Assembly: GCA_019637335.1 (NCBI GenBank)
Contig: JAHBVV010000001.1
Span: forward strand, 377,440-441,439
Reading direction: 5' to 3'
DNA length: 64,000 nucleotides
Source: Candidatus Hydrogenedentota bacterium
Lineage (GTDB): Bacteria; Hydrogenedentota; Hydrogenedentia; Hydrogenedentales; JAEUWI01
A model generated the notes under the pieces. The model ran no database searches, had not been told where the DNA came from, and saw only the letters and a program-made list of their open reading frames with translations. A program made the translations under genes and the position numbers. Positions 18,627 through 29,793 of this stretch are shown piece by piece; position 1 is the stretch's first letter, and every line of letters begins with the position of its first letter.

Positions 18627-21600
18627 TGGGCGGCGGCCCCGCGGGAGAAGATCGCGCCCTGGGCGAGGAACTCGCGCGGCTGGTTCAAACGCTGAGCGAG
18701 GCGCAGGCCCGCATTGTGGAGCTTGCGGGCGGCGAGCTGGACGGTGTGCTGGACGCGGCGGGCGCGCTGCACCTGCTTCCGGGTGCGCAGCGGCAGTTGC
18801 GGGAGAGCGAGCGCGCGGAGCGCGAATTCGCCGAGCAGCGGGCGGCGATCTTGAACGCGCTTCCCGCGCACATCGCGCTGCTGGACGCCGAGGGGCGCAT
18901 TATTGCGGTAAACCAATCCTGGAACCGATTTGCCGTGGCCAACGTACTGGCGGACGAGAATTTCTGCGTTGGGAAGAATTACCTTGAGGTATGCGAAGCG
19001 GCGCGGGGCGACTGCGCGGAGGAGGCGGCGGAGGCGGCGGCGGGGATCCGGGCGGTGCTTGCGGGGGACCTGGCGGAGTTTGCGCTGGAGTACCCGTGCC
19101 ATTCGCCGGATCAGAAGCGCTGGTTCCGCCTTATGGTGACGCCGATCCATCCGGGGGATCGGGCGGGCGTGGTGGTGATGCATGTGGACATCACGACGCG
19201 CAAGATGGCCGAGGAGGAATTGCGCGAGAGCGAGCGGCACTACCGGGAGTTGTTTGAGAGCAACCCGCAGCCGATGTGGGTTTTTGATCTCGACTCGCTT
19301 TGCTTCCTGGCCGTCAACGACGCCGCGATCGGGCATTACGGATATGCGCGGGACGAATTCCTGGCCATGACAATCGCGGATATTCGACCGGAGGAGGATG
19401 TGCCCGCATTGCGGGAAGTAGTTGAGACCGTCGGAAACGGTTTGAGCCGTGTCGGGATCTGGCGGCACCGCCTTCGGGACGGTCGGACGATCCTGGCGGA
19501 GGTTTCGGCGCACTCGCTCGTATTCGATGGGCGGCGGGCGGCGATGGTGCTGGCGATCGATATGACCGAGCGGATCCGGACGGAGGAGGCGCTTCGGGAA
19601 CGCGAGGCGTTGTTACGCCAGAGCGAGTCCATGCTGCGCATGGCCTCGTCGCTCAGCCGCCTGGGGGCCTGGGCGGTTGATCTGCCGGAATATAAACTAA
19701 CCTGGTCCGACGAGGTATGTGACATCCACGAAGTCCCCCGTGGCTACCAGGCACGGCTCGAGGAAGCGATCGACTTCTACGCGCCCGAGTACCACGAGGC
19801 AATCAGCCGTGCCTTCGTCCGCTGCGCGGAAACCGGGGCGCCCTTCGACCTCGAACTGGAGATCATCACCGCACGGGGCAACCGCGTATGGATCCGCACC
19901 ATCGGGGAGGCCGTGCGCGACGAGAACGGCCGCATTCAGCGCGTCCAGGGCGCGTTTCAGGACATTTCCGCCCGCAAGGCCGAAGAGCAGCGCAAGCGAA
20001 GCCTGGAAGAGCGCCTCGCGCGGACGCTGGAGAGCATCTCGGACGCATTTTTCGCGCTGGACCGGGAATGGCGCTTTACCTACTTGAACCAGGAGGCCGA
20101 GCGCGTATTGGAGCGTCCGCGGGAGGACTTGCTTGGCCGGGTCGTCTGGGACGAATTTCCCGAGGCCGTGGGAATGCGTTTTGAGCGGGAATACCGGCGC
20201 GCCGTGGATGAGCGGGTCTCCGTCTCTTTTGAAGAGTACTACCCGCCCCTCGAATGCTGGTTCAATGTTCGGGCGCACCCCTATGACGGCGGCCTTGCGG
20301 TGTACTTTGGCGACATTACGGAGGTGAAGGTCGCTCGGGAGCGGATCGAATTGGCGGAGCGGCGTTTCCGGGAGCTCGTGGCGCATGTTCACGATATTTT
20401 TTATGTTTACGAGCCGGACAGCGATGCGCTGCTTTACGTGAGCCCGGCGTTTGAGGACGTTTGGGGGGTTCCGTGCGCGCGGGCCTACGAGGCGCCCCGG
20501 GAGACGTATCTTGCGGCGATTCACGAGGATGATCGCGCTTTTGTGGAGGAAGTTTTTCCTAAGCAGATGCGGGGCGAGGCGCCCGAGGTGGAGTTTCGGA
20601 TCCGCCGGCCCGATGGCGATGTGCGCTGGATCCAGGAGTTTACGTACCCGGTGTATGGCGAGGGGGGCGCCATTGAGCGGGTAGTGGGGACGATGCGCGA
20701 CATCACGGAGCGCAAGCGCGCGGAACTTGATTTGCAGACGAGCGAGGAGCGGTTTCGGTTGCTTTCGCGGGCGACGAACGACGCCATCTGGGATTGGAAC
20801 CTGCTGACCAACGCGTTGTGGTGGAACGAAGGTTTCGAGGTGCTATTCGGGTTCAGCCGCGACGAAGTGGAGTCGACGATTGAATCGTGGACGAGCCGGA
20901 TCCACCCGGACGACCGGGACGCGATTGTAGGGCAGGTGGATAACGTGATTGCGGGCGCGGACGACTATTGGGACGGCGAGTACCGGTTTCTCCGAAAGGA
21001 TGGCAGTTACGCGCATGTGCTGGACCGGGGGTATATCATCCGGGATGATTCCGGACAGGGCGTTCGGATGATCGGCGGCATCACGGATCTTACGGAGCGG
21101 AAGGAGGCGGAACTGCGGCTTGCCGAACAGGCGGCGCTGCTGGACGAGGCGAGCGACGCGATTCTGGTGCGGGATTTGCACAACCGGGTGCTGTTCTGGA
21201 ACCGGCGTGCGGAGGAAATGTACGGCTGGTTCGAAGAAGAGGTGCTCGGGCGGAATGTCGGGGAGATTCTCGACAGCGATCCCGCGCTGCTTGAAGCGGC
21301 TACGGAGGCGGTGTTGCGGGATGGGGAATGGAGCGGGGAAGTTGAGCATAGGACAAAGGGGGGCAAAACGATCACCGTGCTTGCGCGGTGGACGCTGCTG
21401 CGGAATCCGGACGGGTCGCCGCGGTCGATCCTGGCGCTGAACGCGGACATCACGGAGCGGAAGCGGATGGAGGCACAGTTTCTGCGTAGCCAGCGGATGG
21501 AGAGCATCGGCACGCTGGCGGGCGGGATCGCGCACGATCTGAACAATATTCTGGCTCCCATTCTCATGTCGATCGAGATGTTGAAGGAGCAGGCGAGCGA

Positions 21601-23074
21601 CCCGGAGGCGCTGGGCGTGATCGAGACGCTTCAGGGCAGCGCGCAGCGGGGGGCGGATCTGGTGCGCCAGATTCTGGGCGTCGCGCGGGGTCTGGAGGGG
21701 CGGCGCATCCCGATCACCCCCGCGGCGATTGCGGAGGATGTCCGCCGTATTGCGCGGGATACGTTTCCGAGGAATATTGACTTCCGGCTGAACGTTCAGC
21801 CGGATCTCTGGCTGGTGCACGCGGATCCGACGCAGCTCCACCAGGTGATGATGAATTTGTGTGTGAACGCGCGGGATGCGATGCCGGAGGGGGGGCGGCT
21901 GAACCTGATTCTGAAGAACGCGATCGTGGACGAGGTGTTCGCGGGTATGAACAAGGAGTCGAAGCCGGGCCCGTACGTGATCGTGCGGGTCGAGGACAGC
22001 GGGTCCGGGATGACGCCGGAGGTGCAGGAGAAGATCTTTGAGCCCTTTTTCACGACGAAGGACATCGGGCGCGGTACGGGGCTCGGGCTTTCGACGACGT
22101 TTACGATCGTGAAGAATCACGGCGGTTTTATCCATCTGTACAGCGAGGTGGGGAAGGGTTCCCGGTTCAAGGTTTACCTGCCGGCGGTCACCACGGCGGA
22201 GACGCTCACGGAGGAAATTGTTGCGGCCAAGCCGGACCTCCCGCGGGGCAACGGAGAGCTTATTCTGCTGGTGGACGACGAGGAGAACATCCGTGATATC
22301 ACGCGGCGGGCGCTGGAGCGCTTCGGCTACCGGGTGATACTGGCGGAGAACGGGGCGGAGGGCGTATCGCTTTACGCGCAGCACCGGGGCGAGATCGCGG
22401 TGGTGCTTACGGACATGAGCATGCCGGTGATGGATGGTCCGGCGATGATCGTGGCCTTGAAGTCGATCGATCCGGCGGTCCGTATTATCGGGTCGAGCGG
22501 GCTCAACGCGAACGGGCACGTGGCGAAGGCGGCGGGCGCGGGGTTGGAGTATTTTGTGCCGAAGCCGTACACGGCGGAGGTTTTGCTTTCCACACTTCGG
22601 GCGGTGCTCCGGGGCGAAGGCGCGCCATCGCCGCCGACATTGCGGCCGGCCACGCCCGCGGCGCCGGTGGTGGCGGTCCGGCCCCGGGACGCGGCGGAGG
22701 ATCCGGCGGTATCCGCACGGATCCTGGTGGTTGAGGACGAGGGTCCGCTCGGGCTACTTGCGGTGCGGATATTGATGAAGGCGGGCCACGAGGCGGTGCA
22801 TGTGGAGTCGGGTGAATCGGCGCTGGATCTGCTTGCGGCGCGCGGGGGGGGCTTTGACATTGCGCTTACGGATATTCACATGCCGGGCATGGGCGGGGAA
22901 GCGTTTTACCGCGCGGCGGCGGAGCGTTACCCGGACTTGCGGTTCATCTTTGTGACGGGGGAAGGGCGGCTTCCCGAGGGGCTTGCGGGCGAGGGCGACG
23001 ACGCGCGGCTGCTGTCGAAGCCGTATACCGCGCAGCGGCTGAAGGACGCGATCCATGCGGCGATCCGGGGGTAG
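18623..23074 (+). CDS. Multi-PAS/PAC sensor hybrid histidine kinase with two receiver domains
   Basis: About 7 PAS/PAC repeats. HisKA H-box HDLNNILAPI and HATPase motifs DSGSGM and GTGLGL. Two REC domains are present (DDEENIR...DMSMP and VEDEG...DIHMPGM). The start is GTG 18623 or ATG 18626, overlapping the kaiB stop. Confidence 0.85.
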   Translation: MMGGGPAGEDRALGEELARLVQTLSEAQARIVELAGGELDGVLDAAGALHLLPGAQRQLRESERAEREFAEQRAAILNALPAHIALLDAEGRIIAVNQSWNRFAVANVLADENFCVGKNYLEVCEAARGDCAEEAAEAAAGIRAVLAGDLAEFALEYPCHSPDQKRWFRLMVTPIHPGDRAGVVVMHVDITTRKMAEEELRESERHYRELFESNPQPMWVFDLDSLCFLAVNDAAIGHYGYARDEFLAMTIADIRPEEDVPALREVVETVGNGLSRVGIWRHRLRDGRTILAEVSAHSLVFDGRRAAMVLAIDMTERIRTEEALREREALLRQSESMLRMASSLSRLGAWAVDLPEYKLTWSDEVCDIHEVPRGYQARLEEAIDFYAPEYHEAISRAFVRCAETGAPFDLELEIITARGNRVWIRTIGEAVRDENGRIQRVQGAFQDISARKAEEQRKRSLEERLARTLESISDAFFALDREWRFTYLNQEAERVLERPREDLLGRVVWDEFPEAVGMRFEREYRRAVDERVSVSFEEYYPPLECWFNVRAHPYDGGLAVYFGDITEVKVARERIELAERRFRELVAHVHDIFYVYEPDSDALLYVSPAFEDVWGVPCARAYEAPRETYLAAIHEDDRAFVEEVFPKQMRGEAPEVEFRIRRPDGDVRWIQEFTYPVYGEGGAIERVVGTMRDITERKRAELDLQTSEERFRLLSRATNDAIWDWNLLTNALWWNEGFEVLFGFSRDEVESTIESWTSRIHPDDRDAIVGQVDNVIAGADDYWDGEYRFLRKDGSYAHVLDRGYIIRDDSGQGVRMIGGITDLTERKEAELRLAEQAALLDEASDAILVRDLHNRVLFWNRRAEEMYGWFEEEVLGRNVGEILDSDPALLEAATEAVLRDGEWSGEVEHRTKGGKTITVLARWTLLRNPDGSPRSILALNADITERKRMEAQFLRSQRMESIGTLAGGIAHDLNNILAPILMSIEMLKEQASDPEALGVIETLQGSAQRGADLVRQILGVARGLEGRRIPITPAAIAEDVRRIARDTFPRNIDFRLNVQPDLWLVHADPTQLHQVMMNLCVNARDAMPEGGRLNLILKNAIVDEVFAGMNKESKPGPYVIVRVEDSGSGMTPEVQEKIFEPFFTTKDIGRGTGLGLSTTFTIVKNHGGFIHLYSEVGKGSRFKVYLPAVTTAETLTEEIVAAKPDLPRGNGELILLVDDEENIRDITRRALERFGYRVILAENGAEGVSLYAQHRGEIAVVLTDMSMPVMDGPAMIVALKSIDPAVRIIGSSGLNANGHVAKAAGAGLEYFVPKPYTAEVLLSTLRAVLRGEGAPSPPTLRPATPAAPVVAVRPRDAAEDPAVSARILVVEDEGPLGLLAVRILMKAGHEAVHVESGESALDLLAARGGGFDIALTDIHMPGMGGEAFYRAAAERYPDLRFIFVTGEGRLPEGLAGEGDDARLLSKPYTAQRLKDAIHAAIRG

Positions 23075-23900
23075 GGCGCGGGGCAGCCTGGGGCGCAACC
23101 AGGGAATTGATCACCACGAAGGGCACGAAGCCCACGAAGAAAAGCCGAGAGGAATTTTAACCGCAGAGAACGCAGAGAGCGCATACGTGGTGGGTGGGGG
23201 TACGCGGACGGATTGGGGTAATTGAATGGGGGCGCTTTTTAACCGCGAATGAACACGAATCAACGCGAATGCGCTGGGGGCAGCCTCTGGCCGGGGTCAG
23301 GAATTTTGACCACGGATTACACTGATGACACGGATAAAGGATCGAGCGGGTGGTTGTGGATTGCCGGGCGGCAGCGTGCGATTTTCGGGGCGGCCTGTTT
23401 GGGTTTTTCATCATCAGCATTGTAGCGGGGTTGATCGGTCGGCGGGCGGGAGCGGGACGCGGGGTTGCTGTGCGCGGGGGATTGAATTGGGAGCCACAGA
23501 GAGCACAGAGAACACAAAGAAAATGGAGCAGCAGCCGTTGGCCGCAATCGAAGAGGGTTCACCACGAAGGGGGCGAAGGGGGCGAAGGGAAACAGGGAAG
23601 AGTCGTTAACCGCAAAGAACGTAGAGAGCGCATAGGTGGTGGGTGGGGGTACGCGGACGGATTGGGGTGGTTGAATGGTGACGTTTTTTAACCGCGAATG
23701 AACACGAATCAATGCGAATGCGCTTGGAGCAGCCTCTGGCTGCGGTCGGGAATTTTGACCACGGATTACACTGATGACACGGATAAGAGAGGAATCGGGT
23801 CGTTGCGGGCGCCGGCGGCAGCGCGCGATTTTTTGAGTGATCTACTTGTTTTTTCACCATCAGCATTGTAGCGGGGTTAATCGGTCGGCGAGCGGCATCA
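23075..23900. repeat. Modular word-repeat element, locus 2, with an internal ~190-bp duplication (23160-23345 and 23606-23790)
   Basis: Same word modules as locus 1, for example ccgcagagaacgcagagagcgcata...ttttgaccacggattacactgatgacacggata. Confidence 0.75.
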
Positions 23901-25679
23901 GGAGGCGTTTTGTTGTTCCGCGGCCCGTTTCTTTTCGCAGAGGGCGATGATCTCCTCGGCGTGGATTGTGTTCTCCAGGACATAGGGCGCGGGCGCGCGG
24001 GCGAGAAAGGCGTTTGCCGCCGCAATGCCGTCGTCCCAGCGTTTCTGGTGGTAGTTCAGCCAGCCCTCGGTCATCAGGGCGGGGAGGTAATCGGGATCGA
24101 CGGATCGCGCGTGCTCCAGGTGGGTGCGGGCCTGTTCGTAGTCCTTTGACGCCATGAGACGCGCCGCCTCGGCGAGGCGGACGAGGGCGTTGTCCGGCGC
24201 GAGGTCCAGGGCCTCGGCGAGCAGGCGTTCTACATCCGGCTTGCCCTGTAAGCCAGGGTTGTGCGAGCGCGCGGCGAGCGCCATTGCGCGCAGGAGATCG
24301 TAGTCGTAGGGTTCTTCGAGGTCGGCGGTCACGAAGAAGGCGCCGGGATCGCGCTCGAAGAAGACGCGGGTCTGCGCGTCGTCCCGTGCGCGGGCAAGGT
24401 AGGCCAGGTACATGCCATTGATGAAGGGGTTGTCGGCCTGGATGGCGCGGGCCAGGTCGAGGAGTTCCTTTTCGCGGGGCGTTCCGATGATGCCGGGGTC
24501 GTCCGAATGCTCGACAAAGGCGTAGACGCGCCACCAGTGGTAGGTGTAGACGTTGATAAATCCCCGCACGCTTGGATGGCGCATACCGAGGCGCTCGAAA
24601 CAGTCGACCGCCATGGCCAGGTCGTCCACGTCCAGGGCGAAGCGCGCGGCGCGACCGAGGAGATAGGGCTCGTCCGGGTTCAGCATCAACTGCGCTCTCA
24701 AGCCCTCGACCAGCCGTTGCCGTATTGGGTCGCTATCGGGGCCTTCCTCATAATCGGGGCCCCGGTCGCGCATCCAGCGCGCCGCGTCTCGGAGGAGCGT
24801 CAACAGATAGGGAAAGTCCCCGGCGGCCTGCTCAAATTCGGCCACGAGCGCATCGACCTTCTTCCAGTCGCCGAACCACTGGGGCAGGGAGTAGTTCAAG
24901 AGTGTGTTGCGCACGTGGAGGTGGTGCGGGTTCAGCGCCAGGGTCTCGTCGTGGTATTTCTGAATCGCGGCGAGTTTCTTGCCGACGCCGGCGGCGGCCC
25001 GGGCCATGGACGCTGGAATCTCCGGGTCTTCCTGGTTCAGTTTGCGCGCGGCGTTGAGGTCGGCCCAGGCGAGTTTGTGGTACTTTCGGTACCCTTCCCA
25101 CCCCTCCTCGGTAACTTTGTGGGCGAAGTCCGTTCCACGGTATTTCCAGGCGATGGAAACGTAAACGCGACCCCGCACCAGCAGCGGAAGGTAGGATCCC
25201 GACGATGCCGCTATCCATTCATCGAGCACGGAGAGCAGCTGCGGGTATTCTTCGTCCTTGAGAACGCGACCCAGGCTGTTGATCAGGCTACTGTAGCGGT
25301 AGCGGTCGAAGGGGGTGTCCTGTTTCGCGCGGAGGGCTGCGATGTCTTCCTCGACGGCGGCGAAGTCTTTTTCGTAGTACAGGCGGTTGCGCGTGTCCGG
25401 CAGCAGATATACGGTCTCGTAGTGGTCATGCAGGCCGAGTTTTGCGGTCAGGGCTTCTTGCTCGCGCCGGCCCTCCTCGCGTTTCCTTTCGCGGCGTTCG
25501 GCCTCGGCGGCGTCTTCTTCCGCGTCCTCGGGGGAGTCTTCGGCGCCCCAGCTCGGGTGATCGTTTATTTCACTCAGGAGCGTGGTGAATGCGAAGTAGC
25601 TGGCGGCGCCCATGAGCACCAGGGAAAAAAGAGCCCCCGCGAGGCCCGCGATCAACCATTTGATGCTTATTGGATTCAT
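23898..25679 (-). CDS. Membrane-anchored hypothetical protein with a helical-repeat (TPR-like) body, possibly of the DUF4034 type
   Basis: N-terminal TM helix IKWLIAGLAGALFSLVLMGAASYF followed by an acidic ED-rich linker. The body is 593 aa and alpha-helical. No catalytic motif was recognised. Confidence 0.45.
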   Translation of the reverse strand: MNPISIKWLIAGLAGALFSLVLMGAASYFAFTTLLSEINDHPSWGAEDSPEDAEEDAAEAERRERKREEGRREQEALTAKLGLHDHYETVYLLPDTRNRLYYEKDFAAVEEDIAALRAKQDTPFDRYRYSSLINSLGRVLKDEEYPQLLSVLDEWIAASSGSYLPLLVRGRVYVSIAWKYRGTDFAHKVTEEGWEGYRKYHKLAWADLNAARKLNQEDPEIPASMARAAAGVGKKLAAIQKYHDETLALNPHHLHVRNTLLNYSLPQWFGDWKKVDALVAEFEQAAGDFPYLLTLLRDAARWMRDRGPDYEEGPDSDPIRQRLVEGLRAQLMLNPDEPYLLGRAARFALDVDDLAMAVDCFERLGMRHPSVRGFINVYTYHWWRVYAFVEHSDDPGIIGTPREKELLDLARAIQADNPFINGMYLAYLARARDDAQTRVFFERDPGAFFVTADLEEPYDYDLLRAMALAARSHNPGLQGKPDVERLLAEALDLAPDNALVRLAEAARLMASKDYEQARTHLEHARSVDPDYLPALMTEGWLNYHQKRWDDGIAAANAFLARAPAPYVLENTIHAEEIIALCEKKRAAEQQNAS

Positions 25680-26274
25680 GAGAAGGGCTCCCTCGTTTTG
25701 CCTTGTCTGCTGCTCCGGCGCGTAGCCGACCGCCCGGATACAGGATAGCCCATTTCGGGGGATCCCGCAAGGGGGGGGGCTGGCCAGGGCAATCGCATTT
25801 AGACTTCCTACTCCAGCCGAGCGCCCTATGAAGCGCCTTGAATGTTAAAAAAGGGCGCGTGTTGGATCGCTGGAATTTCGCCCGCGGCGAATCCCGGACC
25901 TTGCCGGCAGAGATGCCGGCGCTCCAAAACGCTCACTTTCGTTGCATCAAGGTTCCAAATCGATTCGAGATTGCGCCCATATTCCCAGATCGAGTTTCAA
26001 TCCGATTGCCCTGGTGGGGCTGACGCAAAACGGGCAGGGGGAACCCAAAACGGGCAGGCGCGGCGTCATTGAGGCGTCTTCAGGCCGCGTGCTACACTCG
26101 GGATTTCCCGAGAAAACGGCATCATTGCGGCGCGCGGCTGTGCGGCGCGGGGGTGGTATGGATTTTGCTTGTCGTTGCAGTGACTGCCAAGTTGGGGGCA
26201 GTCCATCGGGGAAAGCGCCCGGCGCGCCGAGCGACGCGGGCCGAACCACGCGGAGTTAAGGAGATGAGCGCACG

Positions 26275-27222
26275 ATGATCAAGGCAAATGGACTGACGAT
26301 GCATTACGGGCCGGTGCGGGCCTTGCATGATGTGTCGTTCGAAGTGAACCGCGGCGAGGTGGTGGGCCTGTTGGGCCCGAACGGCGCGGGCAAGTCAACG
26401 ACCATGAAGATCCTGACGACGTATCTCTACCCTTCTTCGGGGTCCGCCATTGTGGCGGGGGTGGATGTGCTGAAGGACCCGGTGGAGGTGCGGAAGAAGA
26501 TCGGCTACCTCCCGGAGGTGCTTCCGCTGTATATGGATATGGAGGTGCGGACGTACCTCGATTTTGTGGGGAGCGCGCGGGGTCTTTCGGGTGCTCGGTT
26601 GAAGGAGCGGACGGACGCGGTGCTGGACGTGACGGGGCTTCGCCCGATGTACCGGAAGGTGATCCGGGAGCTTTCGAAGGGCTACAAGCAGCGTACGGGT
26701 ATTGCGCAGGCGCTGATCCACGATCCGGAGGTGGTGATTCTGGACGAGCCGACTTCGGGGCTGGACCCGCACCAGATCCTCGAGATCCGGGCGCTGATCA
26801 ACGATCTGGCGAAGGAGAAGACGGTTATCCTCTCCACGCATATTCTCCACGAGGTGGAGACGACGGCGGACCGTATCGTGATCATCAACCGGGGCGAGAT
26901 CGTGGGCGATGGCACGCTGGACGAACTGCGCCACCAGGCGAAGGACAGCGAGCGGACGTCGTTTGCGGTCGAGGCGGCGCGCGGCGATGTGGAGCCGAAG
27001 CTGAAGCAGATCAAGGATGTCACGCATGTGGAGTGCGCGGGCGAGGACAACGGCTGCGCGAGCTTCCTGCTGTTTTCGCGTACGGGGACGAGCCCGTGGC
27101 GCGAGGTCAGCGATCTGGCGCAGGCGCAGCAGTGGAAGGTGAAGCAGCTGGGCGACAAGCCGTTGACGCTGGAGGAGACCTTTCTCACCCTGACCGAAAA
27201 AGCCGCCCAGGCAGCCTCTTAA
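26275..27222 (+). CDS. ABC transporter ATP-binding protein, GldA/CcmA-like
   Basis: Walker A GPNGAGKST, signature LSKGYKQR, Walker B VVILDEPTSGLD and H-loop. AAGGAG Shine-Dalgarno is present. Confidence 0.9.
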   Translation: MIKANGLTMHYGPVRALHDVSFEVNRGEVVGLLGPNGAGKSTTMKILTTYLYPSSGSAIVAGVDVLKDPVEVRKKIGYLPEVLPLYMDMEVRTYLDFVGSARGLSGARLKERTDAVLDVTGLRPMYRKVIRELSKGYKQRTGIAQALIHDPEVVILDEPTSGLDPHQILEIRALINDLAKEKTVILSTHILHEVETTADRIVIINRGEIVGDGTLDELRHQAKDSERTSFAVEAARGDVEPKLKQIKDVTHVECAGEDNGCASFLLFSRTGTSPWREVSDLAQAQQWKVKQLGDKPLTLEETFLTLTEKAAQAAS

Positions 27223-27235
27223 AGGATTTCGACGC

Positions 27236-29746
27236 ATGAACAACATTAAAGCGATTATGCGCCGCGATCTCGGCGCCTACTTCACCTCGCCCGTCGGCTA
27301 CATTTTCATGATGGTTTTCGTGACCATCAGCGTCGGGCTTTATATTACGTCCTTCTTTGCGTTTCCCGTGGCGGACATGCGGCCGTACTTCGACAATCTG
27401 CCGATTCTGCTGTGCGTGTTCATGCCGGCGGTAACGATGCGGATTTGGGCGGAGGAGCGGAAGGAGAATACGTGGGAGATGCTCCTCACCTTCCCGATGG
27501 AGGCGCGGGAGCTGGTGCTGGGCAAGTTCCTGGCGGCGCTGATTTTCTTCGGGCTTACACTGCTGAGCACGGTGACGGTTCCGGTGATGCTGATGTCGCT
27601 GGGCGAGCCGGACACGGGCGCGATCTTCACGGGCTACTTCGGCACGTTGCTGCTGGGGGCTTTTTTCCTGGCGCTCGGCATATTGTTTTCGGGTTTCTTC
27701 AAAGACCAGATTGTCGCGTTCGCGGTGACGCTGCTGACCTGCTTCGGTTTTTTTCTTATCGGCACGAACTTCATCGCGGCGTACATTGATGATCGCATTC
27801 CGGGGCTGGGATCGCTGCTTTCGGATCTGCTGGGGCTTTTCGGGCACTACGGGGCCTTTACGCGCGGGGTGATTGACCTTGCCGACGTGGTGTACTTCCT
27901 GGTGTGGACGGCGGTGTTCCTGGTGTTGAACGTGATGTACATCGACGGGCGGAACCGGCCGAAGGCGCGGACGATCTTTGCGGCGGCGGCGGCGATGAGC
28001 GTGGTGATCGGCCTGCTGTTCAACTACGTGATGGCCGGGTCGAGCCTGATCCGCATTGACATGACGGAGGGGAGGATCTACACGATTTCCCAGGCGACGA
28101 AGAACATGCTTGCGGAGCTGGACACGCCGGTTCAGGTGAAGGTGTATATCACGCCGCGCACGAGCATGCCGACGGGGATGAAGGATCTCGAGCAGAATAT
28201 TACCGACAAGCTTGAGGAAATGCGGGTTGCTTCGCGTGGGATGATCGAGTACCGGACCATACCGATGGACGTGGCGAACGTGTACGCGAATCCGGACGAG
28301 GAGGATGGCGAAGCCGAGAATGGGAAGGAGGCGGCGATCGAGCGGCGCATGCTGGAGAAGGGCGTGCAGCCGTTCAGTGTTCAGGCGATGAGCAAGGACG
28401 AGGTGACGAACAAGCTGGTGTATTCGAGCATCGGCATCGGCTACAAGGACAAGGCGGAGGAGATCATTCCGCAGGTGGTTCCGGACCGGCTGCCCGAGCT
28501 GGAGTACCGCCTTGTGAGCACGATCCACAAGATGACGCGCGAGCGGGAGCCCGTGGTCGCGCTTGTGGCCCCGATGGAGGCCATTAATATAGACCCGCAG
28601 ATGCGGCAGATCCTGATGCAGATGGGCCAGCCGGTTCCCGAGAGCGACGATCCGTACGAGTACCTCCAGCAGATCCTGGAGATTGAGAAGTACCACGTCG
28701 AGCGGGTTGAGTTAACGAAGGACAGCCCATTGCCGGAGGAGTACGACACGCTGGCGGTGATCAACCCGCGCAACCTGAACGAGCGCCAGCGCTGGGAGAT
28801 CAACCGGGCGTTGCGCAGCGGCAAATCGGTGATTATGGCCGTGCAGAATTACGAGTGGGATTACCGGCCCTCGCCGCAGGGTTACAACATCAGCCGCCGC
28901 GACGAGAATCCGGGCGTGAACGAGCTGCTGGAGGCCTACGGCCTCGGCGTGAGCACGGACATATTGATGGACGTGAACAAGGTTCCGTTGACGATCCAGT
29001 CGGGGGGCGGTTCGCTTGCGGACCTGCTCCGCCCGCAGCAGGTGAACCTGCCGATGCATATCCTGGTTAACAGCAGTTCGATGTCGGAAGACACGGCGAT
29101 TACGAACCGGCTCGCGTCGATATTCTACCTCTGGGGCACGGCGCTGGATATCGACGAAAGCACGTTGCAGCGGCATGGCCTGACGGCGAACGTAGTCATG
29201 ACGACGAGCGCGCGCGCCTGGACCGTCCCGGCGACGGATACGATGACCGGGGCGTCCTTTGAGGAGCCGGTGGACGGGGAGCGGCGGGCGTACCCGCTGA
29301 TGGCGGTGGTGAAGGGCCAGTTCCCGGACGCGTTTGCGGACGGGGAGCGTCCCGCGTGGCCGGCTCCGGCGCCGCAGCCGGGGCAGCCGCCGATGCCGCA
29401 GGACGACGAAGCGGAGGCTCCGGCGTCGCCTGTCGAGGCGAGGCCGGGCCAGCTGATTCTGCTGGGCTGCTCGGAGACCTTCCGGAAGAATTTCCTTCAG
29501 GACGCGAACCTCGACCTGTTTTTGAACAGCGTGGACGCGGTGACGCTGAACGAAAACCTGGCGCTGGTGCGCGGGAAGAAGCCGATCAACCGGTTCATCG
29601 ATCGCCCCTCGGATGACCAGAAGTTTTTCTGGCGCGCCGTGAACTACGGGCTTGCGAACACGGTGATCGCGGGGGTTGGCATTGTCTTCCTGCTGAACCG
29701 CCGCCGCGCCCGCAACGCCTACACGATGTCGCACGTGAACGCCTGA
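27236..29746 (+). CDS. Fusion of an ABC-2 permease (GldF-like) with a GldG-like auxiliary domain
   Basis: The N-terminal ~240 aa have 6 TM helices. A large extracytoplasmic domain follows, and a C-terminal TM helix GLANTVIAGVGIVFLLNRRRARN closes the protein. This organisation matches the ABC-type uncharacterised transport system of the gliding-motility type. Confidence 0.65.
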   Translation: MNNIKAIMRRDLGAYFTSPVGYIFMMVFVTISVGLYITSFFAFPVADMRPYFDNLPILLCVFMPAVTMRIWAEERKENTWEMLLTFPMEARELVLGKFLAALIFFGLTLLSTVTVPVMLMSLGEPDTGAIFTGYFGTLLLGAFFLALGILFSGFFKDQIVAFAVTLLTCFGFFLIGTNFIAAYIDDRIPGLGSLLSDLLGLFGHYGAFTRGVIDLADVVYFLVWTAVFLVLNVMYIDGRNRPKARTIFAAAAAMSVVIGLLFNYVMAGSSLIRIDMTEGRIYTISQATKNMLAELDTPVQVKVYITPRTSMPTGMKDLEQNITDKLEEMRVASRGMIEYRTIPMDVANVYANPDEEDGEAENGKEAAIERRMLEKGVQPFSVQAMSKDEVTNKLVYSSIGIGYKDKAEEIIPQVVPDRLPELEYRLVSTIHKMTREREPVVALVAPMEAINIDPQMRQILMQMGQPVPESDDPYEYLQQILEIEKYHVERVELTKDSPLPEEYDTLAVINPRNLNERQRWEINRALRSGKSVIMAVQNYEWDYRPSPQGYNISRRDENPGVNELLEAYGLGVSTDILMDVNKVPLTIQSGGGSLADLLRPQQVNLPMHILVNSSSMSEDTAITNRLASIFYLWGTALDIDESTLQRHGLTANVVMTTSARAWTVPATDTMTGASFEEPVDGERRAYPLMAVVKGQFPDAFADGERPAWPAPAPQPGQPPMPQDDEAEAPASPVEARPGQLILLGCSETFRKNFLQDANLDLFLNSVDAVTLNENLALVRGKKPINRFIDRPSDDQKFFWRAVNYGLANTVIAGVGIVFLLNRRRARNAYTMSHVNA

Positions 29747-29793
29747 TCGCATACCGGCGGCTGGGGACAGCCCGCAGGTGGAGATAGATTACG

